A stretch of 64,000 nucleotides of DNA, taken from the human T2T-CHM13v2.0 reference genome, Homo sapiens. The notes under the pieces are model-generated. The model did no database searches and had not been told where the DNA came from. It saw only the letters and a program-made list of their open reading frames with translations. How positions within the stretch are numbered: the first letter of the stretch is position 1; every line of letters starts with the position of its first letter. Made by a program: the position numbers and the translations under genes. Below, in pieces: positions 41,801-57,330 of the stretch. The stretch is taken from the NCBI RefSeq assembly GCF_009914755.1, contig NC_060934.1; one strand, written 5' to 3'.

Positions 41801-44071
41801 TTGTTTAAGCACTACACTGCCTAGAGTTAAATAACTGGGTGAAAATTCTCAGCTTTAACTTTGAAGCTAGAGCACATGGAGACAAAGTGTTTGATAATTT
41901 TCTTCAGTGTATTTGCATAAATGTTTACTCTCCTGCAAATATGAATATAAACACAACTATTCTTATTTATTTAGTTAAGGGTTAGGTGTACTTCTATACG
42001 CACTGTATATATATTTTTTAACAACCATGATAGTTTTTTGTAGAAATAGGAGAAATGCTGCTGTTTAACAAGTTTAATTAAGGATGGGGGAAATACTCAT
42101 ATGTAAATTTCCATACAATATCTCAAACAGCTTTCAAAAGGCAGGAAGTAAATCTTCCTGACACATCTTTTGATTACATAAACTATGAACATATACAAGT
42201 GAATATAACTCTGAAATTTTGATTTACTCAGGGACATTTGATTAGGACATTATTCTGATATATATTATAACCCCACATTACATTGTTAAAATAATAAAGC
42301 TCAAAGTAGTACTTCTCCATGTACGTAGGATTGGGAATTAAGCATGTTGTCTTTTTAAACTTAGCATTTGGATGCAGTATTTTATATGCGTCTCCTGGCT
42401 TGGCTTCACACTGGTAAATGGTGTTTCATCAGGCCAAATGATGGGAAGGGTGGTCCATGAATTTAGTTTATGAATACTGACATATTTCAACCCACAAATA
42501 GGAATATAACATTGCATCAAAATGGAGCAAAAAGAGAAAAAAGCAGCAGCCAATAGGAAAATCTAGATGAACTAAACAAAGGCACTTAATTTAATAATGA
42601 AAACCACTCCAACTTACAATGTACTGTACTCCACCTCTAGCCATTGAATTATTAAAATAAATGCATATTCAGATGTTTCCCAAAGATGCTTTCCTTCTCT
42701 TTCAGATTCAAAAGAACGCCACTCTAATCCAATACAATTCTTTTCACTCTGCATTTCAGCAGCTGTCTTTCCTGATTTCTAATCAAAGCTGATGATAACT
42801 GGCTTTGGCAACAGACTGTAGTATCCCAAATGAGTAATTAAGGCTATAAATGTGCTCACTTCTTCCTCAAAACCCAGGGTGCATTTCATAGCCTAACAGA
42901 TTCAGGCTCAACAAGGCTCTCCTGGTTGTTTTAATTTGGTCAGAATTTTTAATACATTAATAAAAGAATAGCTGAGGTTTTGTGTTAGCATTTTTCAATA
43001 GCTAGTTCCACTTAAACAATACAAATGTCAGTAGGGCTAACAAACTCCCTTAGTCCCAAACATCTCCCACACATAGGGGTCCCAGACAAAGAAGCTGGTA
43101 GCCAACAATCGGTTTTGACTAAGAAAGAGAAATACATGCCCTTAAAAAAAAAGCCTAAGAAAATATTTTGAAAATCACAGGAAATGCTTTTTAAAAAACC
43201 ATGCAGTGCTGAACACTTTAAAATCTCAGAGAAACAGTGGTGACGGGAATAGACACTCACTTGGAAGATGACTCTAACCTGAAGGAATACGTCTCTCTTC
43301 TAACTCACTCCACCTCCTATAAGAAAGATTCTGAGTAACTCATAAAATGGAGGAAAATCCTAATAAATCCACTGTGTCAACCTGATTAAAAATAAGCAGC
43401 ATTTTTTCCAGCTCTTAATAACTGCACTGTACAGCCATGAATATACATGGTTTTAAATATACATAACTTCAGAATAGAAATTTAACACTGACATATTTTA
43501 TTTTAAACTTTTTTTTCTTCCTCATGCCACCAGTTTAAGAGCACTGACATATTTTAAAAGGAGAATAGACCTTCATTACAAATACAGATGGGTATTTTAA
43601 GAAAATAATCTAAAATAAGAGAAACAGTTCACCATTTCGGAATTTGTTTGCTTACATGCTTGACATGATTTGTTTTAAGTTAAATCGAACATTTTATTTA
43701 AGGTCATGTGAATTCTTAAAGAGAACTGGTGAATTACTAAGCTCTGATAGGCCATTTCTTTAATCTAACACCATCCTGAGGCTGGCAGCCCACTGAGTGC
43801 TGAGAGGATAAGCAAAAAGAGAATGTGGAGAACAGCTCTAGGCACGGTGGCCGATGGAAGGGTGCTCACTGGCTTCTTTCTGAAACAGCCTGGTGGACAT
43901 CAGTACCAAAAGCGGAGCCTCCGCCTTGAGCAGAGGGCTCAGGGGAAGAAGTGTCAAGGCAGAGGCAGACACAGACTGAGAGAAGTGGGCTGAAGTCTAC
44001 TTTCAGATGGAATCCTGGTTCCCCTAAGATCTTTCTGCTAAAACCAAAGTTTTTAAAAATTGGTGTTTGTG

Positions 44072-44371
44072 GGCCTGGTATGGTGGCTCATGCCTGTAAT
44101 CTCAGCACTTTGGGAGGCCGAGGCGGGTGGATCACTTGAGGTCAGGAGTTTGAGACCAGCCTGACCAACCTGGTAAAACTTCATCTCTGCTAAAAATACA
44201 AAAAAGTAGCCGGGCATGGTGACGTGTGCCTGTGATCCCAGCTACTCAGGAGACTGCGACAAGAGAATCACTTGAACCTAGGAGGTGGAGTTTGCAGTGA
44301 GCCAATAACGCGCCATTGCATTCTAGCCTGGGCAATGGAGTGACACTCCATCTCAAAAAAAAAAAAAAAAA
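44072..44371 (+). mobile_element. AluS
   Basis: Full dimer with A tail; TSD aaaaattggtgtttg. Confidence 0.93.
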
Positions 44372-44554
44372 TTGGTGTTTGCCTTAAGTAGAAATACCCT
44401 ACCATCTTTTGATAATATTATCTGAAAATGAAAAAATATGAGTATTTTTAGAGTTTAAAAATATTTTATTGGCAGGAAATAGGATAGATCATGGACATCT
44501 GTCATAGTTCATTTTAAGTTGTTACAAGATAGTAGGAAATTGGATAAACAGAAG

Positions 44555-44712
44555 CAGCAGCTAACAATCACTGAGCAATCCTATGTGACAGGAACATTCT
44601 CAGTGATTTAGCGTATGACCCCCGTCTAATTCCTTTAGGTTGTTTAAGGCACAATTATGATTCCCTTTTACAGACCAAGAAACCGAGGCTTAGAGGTTAA
44701 GCAACTTGATCG
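44555..44712 (-). mobile_element. MIR relic
   Basis: gctaacaatcactgagc...ttttacagaccaagaaaccgaggcttagaggttaagcaacttg. Confidence 0.65.
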
Positions 44713-44719
44713 AGATAAA

Positions 44720-45005
44720 TCCATAAAATGAAAGATCATGCAGCCACTTAAAAAATGTTCTCGTAAGAGAATACAGCGTGGTCTGGAAAGATGTTCGTGA
44801 CTTATTAGGTAAGAGGGCACATTACTAAAGAGTTATGTAGAGTATGATTTTATTTTCAGTTCTGAGTAAGTACAGATGTGCAAATAACTGTATGTGTCTA
44901 AGCATATACTCTAAAATATTAAAAATTATTGTTTTGGGGGCTGGATGATCTTTTCCCTTTCCTATGTTTTGTAAGTTTTATACAAAAAAGTATCACTTTC
45001 ATATT
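44720..45005 (+). mobile_element. Old L1ME-like 3' UTR relic
   Basis: atgcagccacttaaaaa...tggaaagatgttcgtgac...atgtagagtatgattt. Confidence 0.5.
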
Positions 45006-47237
45006 CAGATAATTTTAAGCTTTAGTCAAAGGGATCATTCTATTTTTGTATTCAATGATAACAATTTTCAGGAGTTTTAGTTTTTCAGAAGGCATGTGAA
45101 ATTCTGAATAGCAAAATCTTTGACAGACAGGCTTTTAATTATAGCTGCCTTGAGGTAAGGTGGGATTTTTGGATTTGGTGAAAAGAAGTTGCTTTAAAAA
45201 TAAGAAACAGGAAGCACCATAAAGAGAGGGCTTGTTTTGCTTCCTGGTGGAGATGTCTTCTTGGTGGCACACCCAGGAGTCAGCCTCCTTTTCCCCAACC
45301 TCCCCCTTCCTGTCTCCAGAGCAAGATTTTCTGAGGAGAGGTAAACAGTCCCTCCCACCAAGCAGAGCTCAAAACTATAGAGAGAAGGACCTCGAGCAGA
45401 CAACACAGACAGAAACTGCCTGAGCGTGCACCACCAAACAAAGAGACGCTCAGGGGTGAGGAGCCCACACCCTGCACACACACATCCATGAAACCAGTGT
45501 CAACTGAGCAGCCACCGTCTGCCAGCCGCTGTTTCGGGGCTTGCAGACACACAGCTTTACAGGACAGATGGGGTCTCTGCTCTCCTAGAGTTACACTTAA
45601 GAGGGCAGAATCAGAAATAGAAAAACACAGGGATGAACAGGGCAATGTGAGATATGGATCTATGTATAAAAAGCATTCAAGAGGGACCATGCGCTTGAGA
45701 GGACGTGTCTGTGGTGGGGCTTGGCTTGTGCTTTAGACAGGACATCAGGTAGACCATGCTAAAGAGGAAACTCTGAGCTGAGCCTGGATAACAGGAAGAT
45801 GCCAGTCATTTCAAGATCCAGAGCAGGACACCCAGCAGATGAAATGGCAAGGGCAGGGGCACTAGCAGCCTAGGACTCTACATTTGGCCTAGTCAAGGAG
45901 TGCAAGGAGGCCAGCGTGGCTGGACAGTGAGCACTGGGGAGCACCGGTGGAGGGGAGGGTGGTGGGAGACCCGGTGGTCCTGGCGGGCCTCAGCAGCGGG
46001 AGGGCACAGGGTGTCTAGTGTTCACAGAAGTGAAAAAGCAAAGACAGGTCCATAAAAAGAGAAAAAAGGAAAAACACAGAACAGAGGAATGGAAAGCAGC
46101 ACTGTAGTAGGCAAAAGAAGAAGGAAACAGACTGAGCTCTCAATACAGAGCAGGGCAACACGTCTTAATCACAGCTGCAATGAAGGGCCATCAAGATGTT
46201 TCACAAGAACCTGAAACGAACTGCACAGTGGCCACAGATGCACTCCAGGGTACTACCACCACTTGAGCCTGTGGGAGTAATAGGGAGGACATGGAATTCA
46301 GGAGGGAGCGAGGTCTCAACACCAACGCCAGAAGAAATGGACCCAGAAGTCCCAGACCACAGCATTCTTACCAGGTTCTAAATAGGCGTCATCAGTACTT
46401 CAACACTCAAATCACATTTGTCTGGCTTACTCACAAACAGCTGTATCTGTTTAACTCTCAAGTCAACATGGTTATAACTATCTGTATTGTGCATATTGAG
46501 TCTCTTTTAAAAAAAAAATCTCTTCTCATTTTAAGTCCAAGTAAGACCCTTAACTAGGTATCATTTAAACAGAAATACCTAAATCCAGGTATACTTATGA
46601 TAACCAGCTGGCATGGTCAAGTATACTCTACTTTCCAAAGTTGCTATCATATACATCTTCGCATTTGAATTCACTCCTGGAGCTCATGGGAGAGGTCAGT
46701 ATACAGGGGTCATTATAATCATAGCGGAACATAACACACTGGTACAGCTTTATGTTTTTATGCATGCTTTCATATATATAATTTACTTGATCAGTCTGTC
46801 TTCCTTTTTTAATTGGTATGATCATGCCTGTTTATAAATTTATTAAAAGGCTACTGATAATCAGGTGACCTTGTCCAAGGCAGCACTCCTATTTAAGGAC
46901 AGTGGCCCCTCTAGCCTGCAGGTGTCCAAATCCATATCACATGTGAGAGGACATCCGTAAAAGGAAAGACGATGGTAGGAGGCGACTACCTTCATCTGCA
47001 CCCCTCATCCCCAGCACCACACCCCCAGACCAGTTCAACTCCCGTAAAATGAGGGGTTGTTAAACCATGCTCCTTCCAGCTCTAAAATGGCAGAAATATA
47101 TGATTCTAAAGGTTTGCTTTTCAACATAAAGTTTAATGAAAACCAATATTTCACGAACAAAAGTATGAACTACCTCTCCATGAGAAATGACCACTGTAAA
47201 GACCTTGTAAAAAGTATGCACACTAAAAATAATTTAA

Positions 47238-47492
<255 letters not shown>

Positions 47493-48068
47493 ATGATAAT
47501 AACCATAATTTATGGAACCAATTCTCCATTTGTAGCCACAGTTTAAGAAACAGAAAATCCATTTGCATTTCTATCTTGTTAGTATCTGTGTTGCGCTGGT
47601 GTTAACTAATAACATACAATATTTAAAATTTGTGTTACACACAGAACCAATTATAATTACCTAGTGAGAAAACAATTTTATATTGGGAATCTAAAAATAA
47701 TCTATTTTACCACTATAACAGATCACACACATTATGAAATACTACTGCCAATTAATGTTACGGTGGTTCACGTACTGACAGTTCAAATTTGAAATGCTCT
47801 CATCCCACCTGATGCCCACATTCAAAACAAAGGACCTGGAAAACACTAGATAGATGCAAATCATCCTTATGCATATGTAACATATATTAAGTACATTGCC
47901 CAATACATCACATTCAGAGATTATTTCATTTTGTTTACTCCATAGATGGCCCGCAGTTTTTACAGATTAAATTCCATTTAAAATAAACTCCGAGATGTTG
48001 TCCAATATTTTATGATGTGCTAAAACGAAATGCTTCTTCAAGTAACTGAGCTACTCATTGAAGTCTGA

Positions 48069-48384
<316 letters not shown>

Positions 48385-50130
48385 AGTCATCAAATTTGAC
48401 CTGCGCCATAATTAAATATATGTATAATACTGCAAGCAGTCACTATGACAAATGTTTTAGCTAGGTTAGATCATTCATCCTGCACAACAACCCTACAAGA
48501 TAGTGACTATAATTATTTATTTGTATACAGTTATCTAGTTTTACAGATAAGAAGAGAAAGGTGTTAAGCTTCCCAAATTCTCAGTGCTTAAGTTTGAGAA
48601 AAGAAAAATTCCTTGTCAGTATTAGTTTTCCTATGTGGCTGATCAGTTAAAGAATACCAATAAATTGATAAATGTGGTAATAAGCTTAATATCTGTTTCT
48701 ATTGCACCTCAACTTCAATATTGCAGTACAGTAACAGGATGTTACTTTAGACAATGTCGAATTACCAGTAGTTTCGCTTAGAATTTGAAACTAATTGAAG
48801 TAAGATTTTGTTTACTATAAACAGACATCTCAAAAGAGGCTGATTAAGGGATAATATATTTCTTACTCAGGAAACATTTAAAGGAAATCAGCAAAATGTT
48901 GCGCCTAGTTAAACATAGTGCCCAGTCTTGCCTGAATAACGGCCCAGGAAGAAAACACAGACGAACAGAGATACTGAAGGGCCTCAAAATAACCTACATA
49001 CTTTGTTTCCTTTTGATACCTGTTCTTGAATCCAGCAGTATCAGGAGGATATTATATCATGACCACTGGCTTAAGAAATTCACCAAGAAAAAAATGCAAC
49101 GTTATCAATTCTAAATTATGGTTATTTTTGAGGAAAGAAGTCCTAGCAAAAAATTACAGTGTAATAATAGATTTGTAAAGTGATATATTCTGTCCCATGT
49201 CATTGATATGTTACTAAAAATCTTATACAATCTAATTTTAAAAATTGAATCATTCTTACATGCTGAGTTCACATGCTATATAAAGGAATCTTCTTAAATA
49301 AATGAATCGAGTTATTAAGTATCTTGAAGTCATCATTTTTCATTCATTCATCTTACATACTGCCTTTAAATTCTCCAAAAATGTACACATGAATTTGGAG
49401 GGGATAAGGGTGAATTAAGGCATGGTCCTTATCCTTATCTCCTTAAGATAAGTTCTTATTTCCTTACAGGAGAGCTTGCCTTGTACACAGTGACCCCACA
49501 GCCCTATGTATGAGACTGTTTTCTAGCAGCAGTGTGAGTCCTAAAAACAGATCTCAGGAAGTGCCTTAATGACTTCCCAACATCACCAAAGAAGATGTCG
49601 GGAGAACACAGGGAAAAGTACAAACTGCAAAAAGTGGAGCGGATACAGATAGCTTTTAACAATCCTGTTTAGACACCCAAGGAAGTCTTAGCAGACATAC
49701 AAACTCTGTCAGATCTGAGGATAGGAAGAGATTCATTCCAACTAAAAGTACTAAATTTGCAGAAAAGATGGCATTGGAGAATCAGGAGAGGGCTGCAGCA
49801 GGGCGTTCCACACTGATGAGAAGGCATACGTAACGGGGGTAGGAAAATGCTTGACGCAATATGGGATGGGAAAGAGCCCTAGGTGACTAGTTTCAATGAG
49901 GATAAATACTGGGGATTGAGTCAGCAGTGCTTCCCTAGAATGAGAATGCCACGCCAAGTAAGTTGGACTTGATTCTGCCGTCGTTCTTTGGAGAGGGTGA
50001 GTGAGGCCACCCTGACTAGGAATTTAGAAAGGTAACAGACAGGACTAAGAGGGATCAAGGGGGCTGAGACAGGTGTGGACACGTAAATGCTGTGACTTCA
50101 TTATGCCAGACAAGGGGTAATACATCCCTG

Positions 50131-50176
50131 AAACAAAACAAAACAAAACAAAACAAAACAAAACAAAACAAAACAA
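50131..50176. repeat. (AAAAC)n pentanucleotide repeat
   Basis: About 9 perfect units. Confidence 0.97.
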
Positions 50177-51498
50177 GGAATGTGTGGAGAAGAACTGATC
50201 TGAGAAAAAGTATAGAAATAGAATCAATAACACTCCGGAACTAGGTATGAGGGCTAAGGACGGAGAAGCAAGAAGAGCACAGGAGATGGACAGGGTGCTG
50301 GTGAAAAGAGCAGAGAGATGGTACACAGTGGCAGCCACGGTCTGGATAATAAAGACCCCACCAGATCTGTCCCCGTTGAGTTCGTGATGCTGTCAGGATG
50401 CCCAGAGACATGTGTGCAGAGCCAGGCTTGGTGTGTGCCACAGAGCGGCACTACTACAGTGTCAATGGAAATCATACCAGTGACAGCTGAAGACGTGACA
50501 GGGAGAAACATAGACAAGGGTGTAGGCACGTGAGAATCACAACAGGGACAAATGAACTCCCCAAAAGGTGGGGATCAGCAGTGAAGACACAGGAGAGCAC
50601 TAGTGACCAAGGAAGAAGGGTGTCCTATAAGTCAAATGTGGACACATTTTCCTGATGGCCTCCAGATTTGGCAATTTTGTCACCTGAAAAGAATTTTCTT
50701 CAGTAGAGAGGGGCTGAAGCCCATTTTAAGGGGTTTAAGAGTAAGAATGAGGTAAAGAGATGGTAGAAGCCTTTGGCAGAACAGTTGTTCAAATATATTT
50801 TAAGAGATTTCCACTTCCAGCAATAAGAAGATACAGTAGTCCAGAATTAACTTCCTACTATAAGCAACTAGAAAACTAGTCAAAAATAGGAAACAACTAT
50901 TTTCAGCAGGAACTGGGGACCAAGATGGCTAAGACTGTAACCCCTGAGAAAAGGAAAAAAAGAAGGGGTGCCCCACCATCACCTTGGCTTTCTGGGCACT
51001 GCAGTGCAGGGAGCAAAACCAAACCACACTGCAGCCACCCTGAGTTGAGGGGACAGAATTATGAATCTGGGAGGCTAAGGTGGTCAGCATCTTTAGACAG
51101 ATGACCTGAGAGGAGAGAACTACACAGAGAAAGAGCTCCAGAAATCAGCACGGGCCCTCTTCAGTCTTTGATTCCCACCCTGGGCATGAGTAAGGGAAAA
51201 TCCTATAAGCCCAGACAAGAACAACTTTTGTGAAAAGAATAAATACCAGGCGGCCGTAAGATGAACAACTGTGGGCACCCTGATAGTACCCACGCAGAGG
51301 AGGAGACTGCATGGACTGAATACCCAGGGTATTCAGTCAAGGAGGGCTACGCCTTGGAAATGGGGCTAAATTAGGCCTTAGAATGAAAGTTACTCTGCAA
51401 CTGGTCTAAAAGCGATTAAAAGGTAATTTAAATATAAAAGATTAGCATGTAACTTAACTGCCTGCCAGGAAAGATCCAACACACACAAAATACAATGA

Positions 51499-51651
51499 AG
51501 CCAGGTGTGGTGGTGCATGCCTGTAGTCCCAGCTACTCAGGAGGCTGAGGTGGGAGGACTGCTGGAGCCCAAGAGTGTGAGGCTGCAGTGAGCCACCACA
51601 CTCCAACTTGGGTATCAGAGCAAGAGCCTCCTTCCAAAGGAAAAAAAAAAA
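51499..51651 (+). mobile_element. FRAM / AluJ right monomer
   Basis: gccaggtgtggtggtgcatgcctgtagtccc...gaggctgcagtgagcc plus A tail; TSD-like aatgaa. Confidence 0.85.
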
Positions 51652-51784
51652 TGAAACCCAAGCCCTCAGTAATACAAAATGTATAATGTCTGACATCTGA
51701 TAAAAAATTATTAGACATAGAAAGGAAGAGGGAAATGTGGCCACAATCAGGAGAAAAATCAATCAATAGAAACAGACAGGATAG

Positions 51785-52150
<366 letters not shown>

Positions 52151-53104
52151 TCAAATACATGCTAAAGAACATAAAGAAAAACAGGAACATAAAGAGGAGA
52201 GAAATGAAAGATACAAATATTTTGATGGTAACAAGGAGGCTTGGGATGGAATGAATACTTAATTCACTGATTAGATTGAAAGACAACTAATACTGGTTAC
52301 ATTGTTTCATTGCTAGACACAGAAATTGGTGGTATTCTGACTCAGAATGGTGTATACATTGGACCTTTTGTTAATAATCGGAAAAGTACGGTCATCTTCC
52401 TTTAAACCTTAACTGTTTAAGAAAAATGTTACAATTAAGTACTACTATACTCCCATTTTTTACGTTCAAGTATTACAACATCATTCAAAATAATGTGACC
52501 TGTGCTTTGTACTGATAAGTAACTGATTTACGGGAGTCCTACACATTTTTAGGCATCCCCAACCACACTAGGTACATTCCTTTCTAGATCATTTCACATA
52601 CCAGTTGCCTACAGTTCTTTAATGCAACAAATTTCCAATGACTGATGAAAGATAATCTGCATTTTATCCCTTAAGATGGGTGTTTATATCACCAAGAGCT
52701 TGGAAAATGGATCAATTCAAGATAAAACATTTTGCTAACAACTTTCATGGTTCACTGGCAGAGAAAAGAAGGCTTATTAGCTTGGCACTCCAGATATGGC
52801 CTTGTCCATATGGTAAAAAAAAATACCAGATTTTTCAAAAGTCAATCAAACCATTCTGGCCTAGCTATTAAAATAAACAGCATGGTCAATAAAACTGGTG
52901 GTGTTATTTAAGTCCGTCTGTTATCTCCCAAAAGACTGGAAGAACATTACTATCAGAAATTGAATCTGTTTTTCTCTTTCAACCCCAATAGCTTCTAACA
53001 CAGATCATGATGCATGGCAAGAACATATTCTCTAAATATAAAAATCAGGACACAGCTGACATATGGTCTAACAATAGGACAAAAAAATGGAAATACAGAT
53101 GAAT

Positions 53105-53200
53105 ATAATGAGGCTCACAGAGGTCAGATAACTTGCCCAACATCCAAGTAAGTGGCAGAGCCAGGATCTGAATCCAATGCCTCATGCTCTGTCTACAATA
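53105..53200 (-). mobile_element. MIR fragment
   Basis: tgaggctcacagaggtcagataacttgcccaacatccaagtaagtggcagagccaggatctgaatcca. Confidence 0.7.
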
Positions 53201-53744
53201 GCACCTCCCAGCACCAGCACACACCTGCACACACAGGTAGAAAAATGGCTGTGAAGCCGCAAAGGCAGGCTGAGATCACAAAGTTAAGGCCCAATGAAGA
53301 GACAGTCTATACTGAAAACTTCTTCCAGAATCCTGAAGATCATCATAAACAAAGAATAGTATTAAAATTCATACTCACACAAAGCAAGCCATGTTAACTC
53401 CAACACACACACACACAAAGTGTTAGAAAGCACTATCAATAAATATTCCAAAGGTAAGCAAAATGTGAAGAGCAGCCTTAGTTAACCGGGGATTGATAAT
53501 TTTAAATGGTGGTTAAAATCTCTTAACACATAAGAGTTCTTTTAATTCTCCATCAGTAGATATTTATATTGGTGGCTCCTTAATTTTTTTTAGACTTGTG
53601 TTTGAAACAGAAATCTAGTGGTAAGGGAGACCAGCATTACGTTTCCTGGAAAGTATCAATAAGTTAATAAAAGGTCTAGTCCAATGAATATACTTACACT
53701 TCTGAATACATATACATCTACATCTACCAAATTTTTTCATTTCT

Positions 53745-53987
<243 letters not shown>

Positions 53988-55924
53988 TAACATGGTTATA
54001 AAAGACAGACATGCAGCATTTCATAATCTGGAAGAAATGAAAAATACCTATTTACACATTTATCTATTTTCTTTTCTCATTGCCAGCATCAGCCAGTCAG
54101 AATTCCAGTCCGTGCTGGGTATATTTTTAAGTTTTAGATTAGCTACTCTCCCCCAAAAAACTAAGATATAACTGTGTTTAAAGACAGGTGCCTGGAATTT
54201 TGGCTTTTAAGAAGTTCCAACCATATGTCCCCCACCCTGTATGGTCTGTCTCTGGCTCTGATCTGATCATTCATATAAAGGCACAGTTTAAGAAGAAGAA
54301 TGGCTCTTTTCTGCACAAGCATCCTATTAATCTGAGGGCCCATCTCTCAACTTCTCCGCATGAGAGCCATACTCCCTAGGTGGCAGCACAGATGCCTGGG
54401 ATAGCAGTCACTACCTGAGTCCACCAGGCACGCTGCACATCCGAGGCCACATGCTAGGCTGCATCTAAAGCAACTAGAGAAATATTTTGAAAATAAGGTA
54501 TATGCATGGATAGCAATCTCATCTGGTGAGCATGCCACACACGAGATGCTTTGTTCTTTCCAATTGATGGCATACTCTTAAGAATGTGGCCAAACTATGT
54601 ACTTCCTGCCTGCTGCATACAATAAGTCCATCCTAATTCTTGGAACATATGAAATAGAAAATTTACACGTTATTATCAGCTGTTTAAAGAATTAAAGAAA
54701 ACTGCTCCCCCTCCACACACACACAGCTTTCCACAGCCTAGAACTCTTAGCTTTAAGTACAGTTAAAAAAAGAAAAAAAAAGTTGGATCAATTAGCAGCC
54801 TTCTGAATGCTGGAAACATCTTAATAGTGTCTCAGAGATGAAAGAGCATAATACAGAACGAGAAAAAGAGAGAAAGTTAAATTATGTCTGCAGTCATAAT
54901 GAATCAAAGCCCAGAAGGAGTCTGCAAATCAGCAGGTTCTAATGAAATATTAAGGTAAGTGATTATTGATGAAAAATGAATAAGGCTTTTTGATTTCAGC
55001 AACCTTTAAATCATACCTAGCTAATTAAAACAACTCAAATGCATTCATTTATTCCTTGACGGGCATTTAGCTACCCTTGGGTATACAGAGACTTCATTTT
55101 AGGAGATATGTATGTAGTTGACCCAGGTAAGTGGAAAAAATGTGCCAGAAACAGACATACTCAGTAATAAAAGAAAAAAAAGTAAGCCCCTTTTCAGATT
55201 TTGTTTATCATTTCCAAGCTGGAAATAAAAAAAAAAAAATCACTCAAGATGTTTCCTGTTTACCATAAAGCAAACATCAATAATAGTACACTACATATTT
55301 ATTAACATAGAACTTATTTTAATTATCATATGATACAAGGCATTTATAATACTAATATTATGCAATTCTATGGCAGATTTTATTTAAATATATCATACAG
55401 CTATTGAAGACGGCCTTATCATTCCCCTCCACACTTCCAGGAGGAAAGCAGTTCTCTCTTAAGAGTGAGAATTACCCAGGTTGCATCACAAGCTCTGAGA
55501 GAATCTGACTCCAGGCCTGAGGCCTGCACGATCTTCAATCACATCCTCTAATATCATAAACCTCTTTCACCTTAGTCTCCTGTTATGGAAATTAATCTTT
55601 AGCTATTCAAGTGAAATACTATACCAAATTACTAAAGATTAAGATGCTTCCTAATTACAGAAATTAATCAAATGTCCATAACCATGCCCATTTTAGCAGC
55701 AGTATGTAAGGTAAAGAGGTACAGACATCAGTTGTATCATGAAATACAAAGGTGACAAATCTAACTTAAGTGGTGTTTACACATAAAAGATGCTAAAAAT
55801 AAGATACAGAATCCAATATCATACCCATGCAAAAACAATCTCTGTGGCAAACCTTTTAGCTTTGAAATGCCCTTAGAACTCAAGAACAAAGACGACGGTG
55901 ATGGTAGTGGTGGCATCATACGAA

Positions 55925-56135
55925 CAATAGCAACTAACATTTATGGGACTGCTCTGTGTGCCAGGCAGTGTTCAAAGTGCCTTACATGTAGTCATTCATG
56001 TCATGCTCACAAAAAAACCCCAGTGAGGTAAGTGTTATTATCCCCGTTTTGCAGATACAAGAAGTAAGGCACAGAAGGTTAAATGGCAGAGCTGGGATGT
56101 GAACTTAAGCTGGCTTCAGAGCCTGTGCTCTTAAA
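55925..56135 (-). mobile_element. MIR relic
   Basis: ctaacatttatggg...tgtgccaggcagtgttc...ttattatccccgttttgcagat...tggcagagctgggat. Confidence 0.75.
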
Positions 56136-56439
56136 AATACCTACATCACATCTTACCTTATCATCTTATGGTATGGTGTTGTATCAAATCCTCTTTTGCT
56201 CTTCCCCCTCTCTCTCTCTCTCAAAACTATACAAGTTCTAAGAAACCTACAAGAATTATAAGTTTAACATACAATAAGCAAAAGGGACTTTAACACTTAA
56301 AATGTTTAACTGCATTTTGCTGACAGAAACTCCAGGTTTCTTTTCTAAAAACAGGCTCTCTCTGCTCCTACACAGCTTACAGTCTTATCACACATACATC
56401 CCATAAACTGTCTTTGCTGTGCTGATGAGGAGTTTGGTT

Positions 56440-56700
56440 TATCCATTCCTTAATTTATTGAACATATTTGAATGTCTGTGTGGTAGAACTTGGAATACAG
56501 CAGTGAATGAAACAGACAACAGACAACACCCCCTGCCCCGCTCCAAAATGCAACTTCATTCTAGTTGGAGGAGACGGATGATAACATTTTTAAAGTGCAT
56601 TTATGCCGCATCATAATGCCATAAGGACTAGCAAGAAAAAGAAGGCAGGGAAGGGAGTCAGGGTGTGCTGGGGAGGGGGAGGGGAGAGCTGCACTTTTAA
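56440..56700 (-). mobile_element. L2 3' relic
   Basis: atttattgaacatatttg...ggaatacagcagtgaatgaaacagac...cattctagttggaggagac. Confidence 0.55.
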
Positions 56701-57247
56701 ATTACCTGCGTGTGGTCACGTCAACTAACACCAGTCACTGCGTGGTGGTGCTGCCTGCCTGCCCCCAGCTGCTGTGCTTTGGGGACAGAGCCAGGCCCCT
56801 CAGAGGCAGCTGAGGTCCCTACAGGTGTGTGCTCCTGAGAGTGTGACATTCCATGCAGAAGCACCTCTGACTCACTCCCTCCTAAGGACTGAGGCTCCTG
56901 TGACGTCCCAGAATTTGCCTGGGCTGCCAACCAACTTGTTATCTCCTCGTCCTTCCTCTCCCTTCCCCGTTGCTCTCCTTGGAAGCCACACAGGCAAACT
57001 TAACCCTGATGGCCATGGGCAAGCGCTGGCAGAGTCCAGAGAGGGGTCAGGAGAGACAGTTAATGGAAAAGGGTGCTTCCTGTCTGCACACACCTGTCTC
57101 TACAGTGATCTGAAAGGGAAATGGCAGCGGCCCTTGCTGATCTGTGTCTCAGCCCTGGATCATCCCGACACAGTGGAGTTTATCACCAGTGCCTGCATGA
57201 AGCATCATTGTTTATTTTACTATTATTCTGAGAACACAACTTCTGTG

Positions 57248-57330
57248 AATATATATGTTTATGTGTGTGTATATATATAACTTTATATATATGTGTATGT
57301 GTGTATGTATGTCTATATATATATATATGC
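57248..57330. repeat. Mixed (TA)/(TG) low-complexity tract
   Basis: Directly visible. Confidence 0.85.

Noticed and set aside
43261-43278. 18-nt minus-strand micro-exon (cag|...CAA|gtgagt)
   Set aside because: Upstream region is purine-rich with several AGs and has no real pyrimidine tract
56774-57280. 168-aa ORF
   Set aside because: Non-ATG start, ends in a TA/TG repeat, no recognisable homology or splice context
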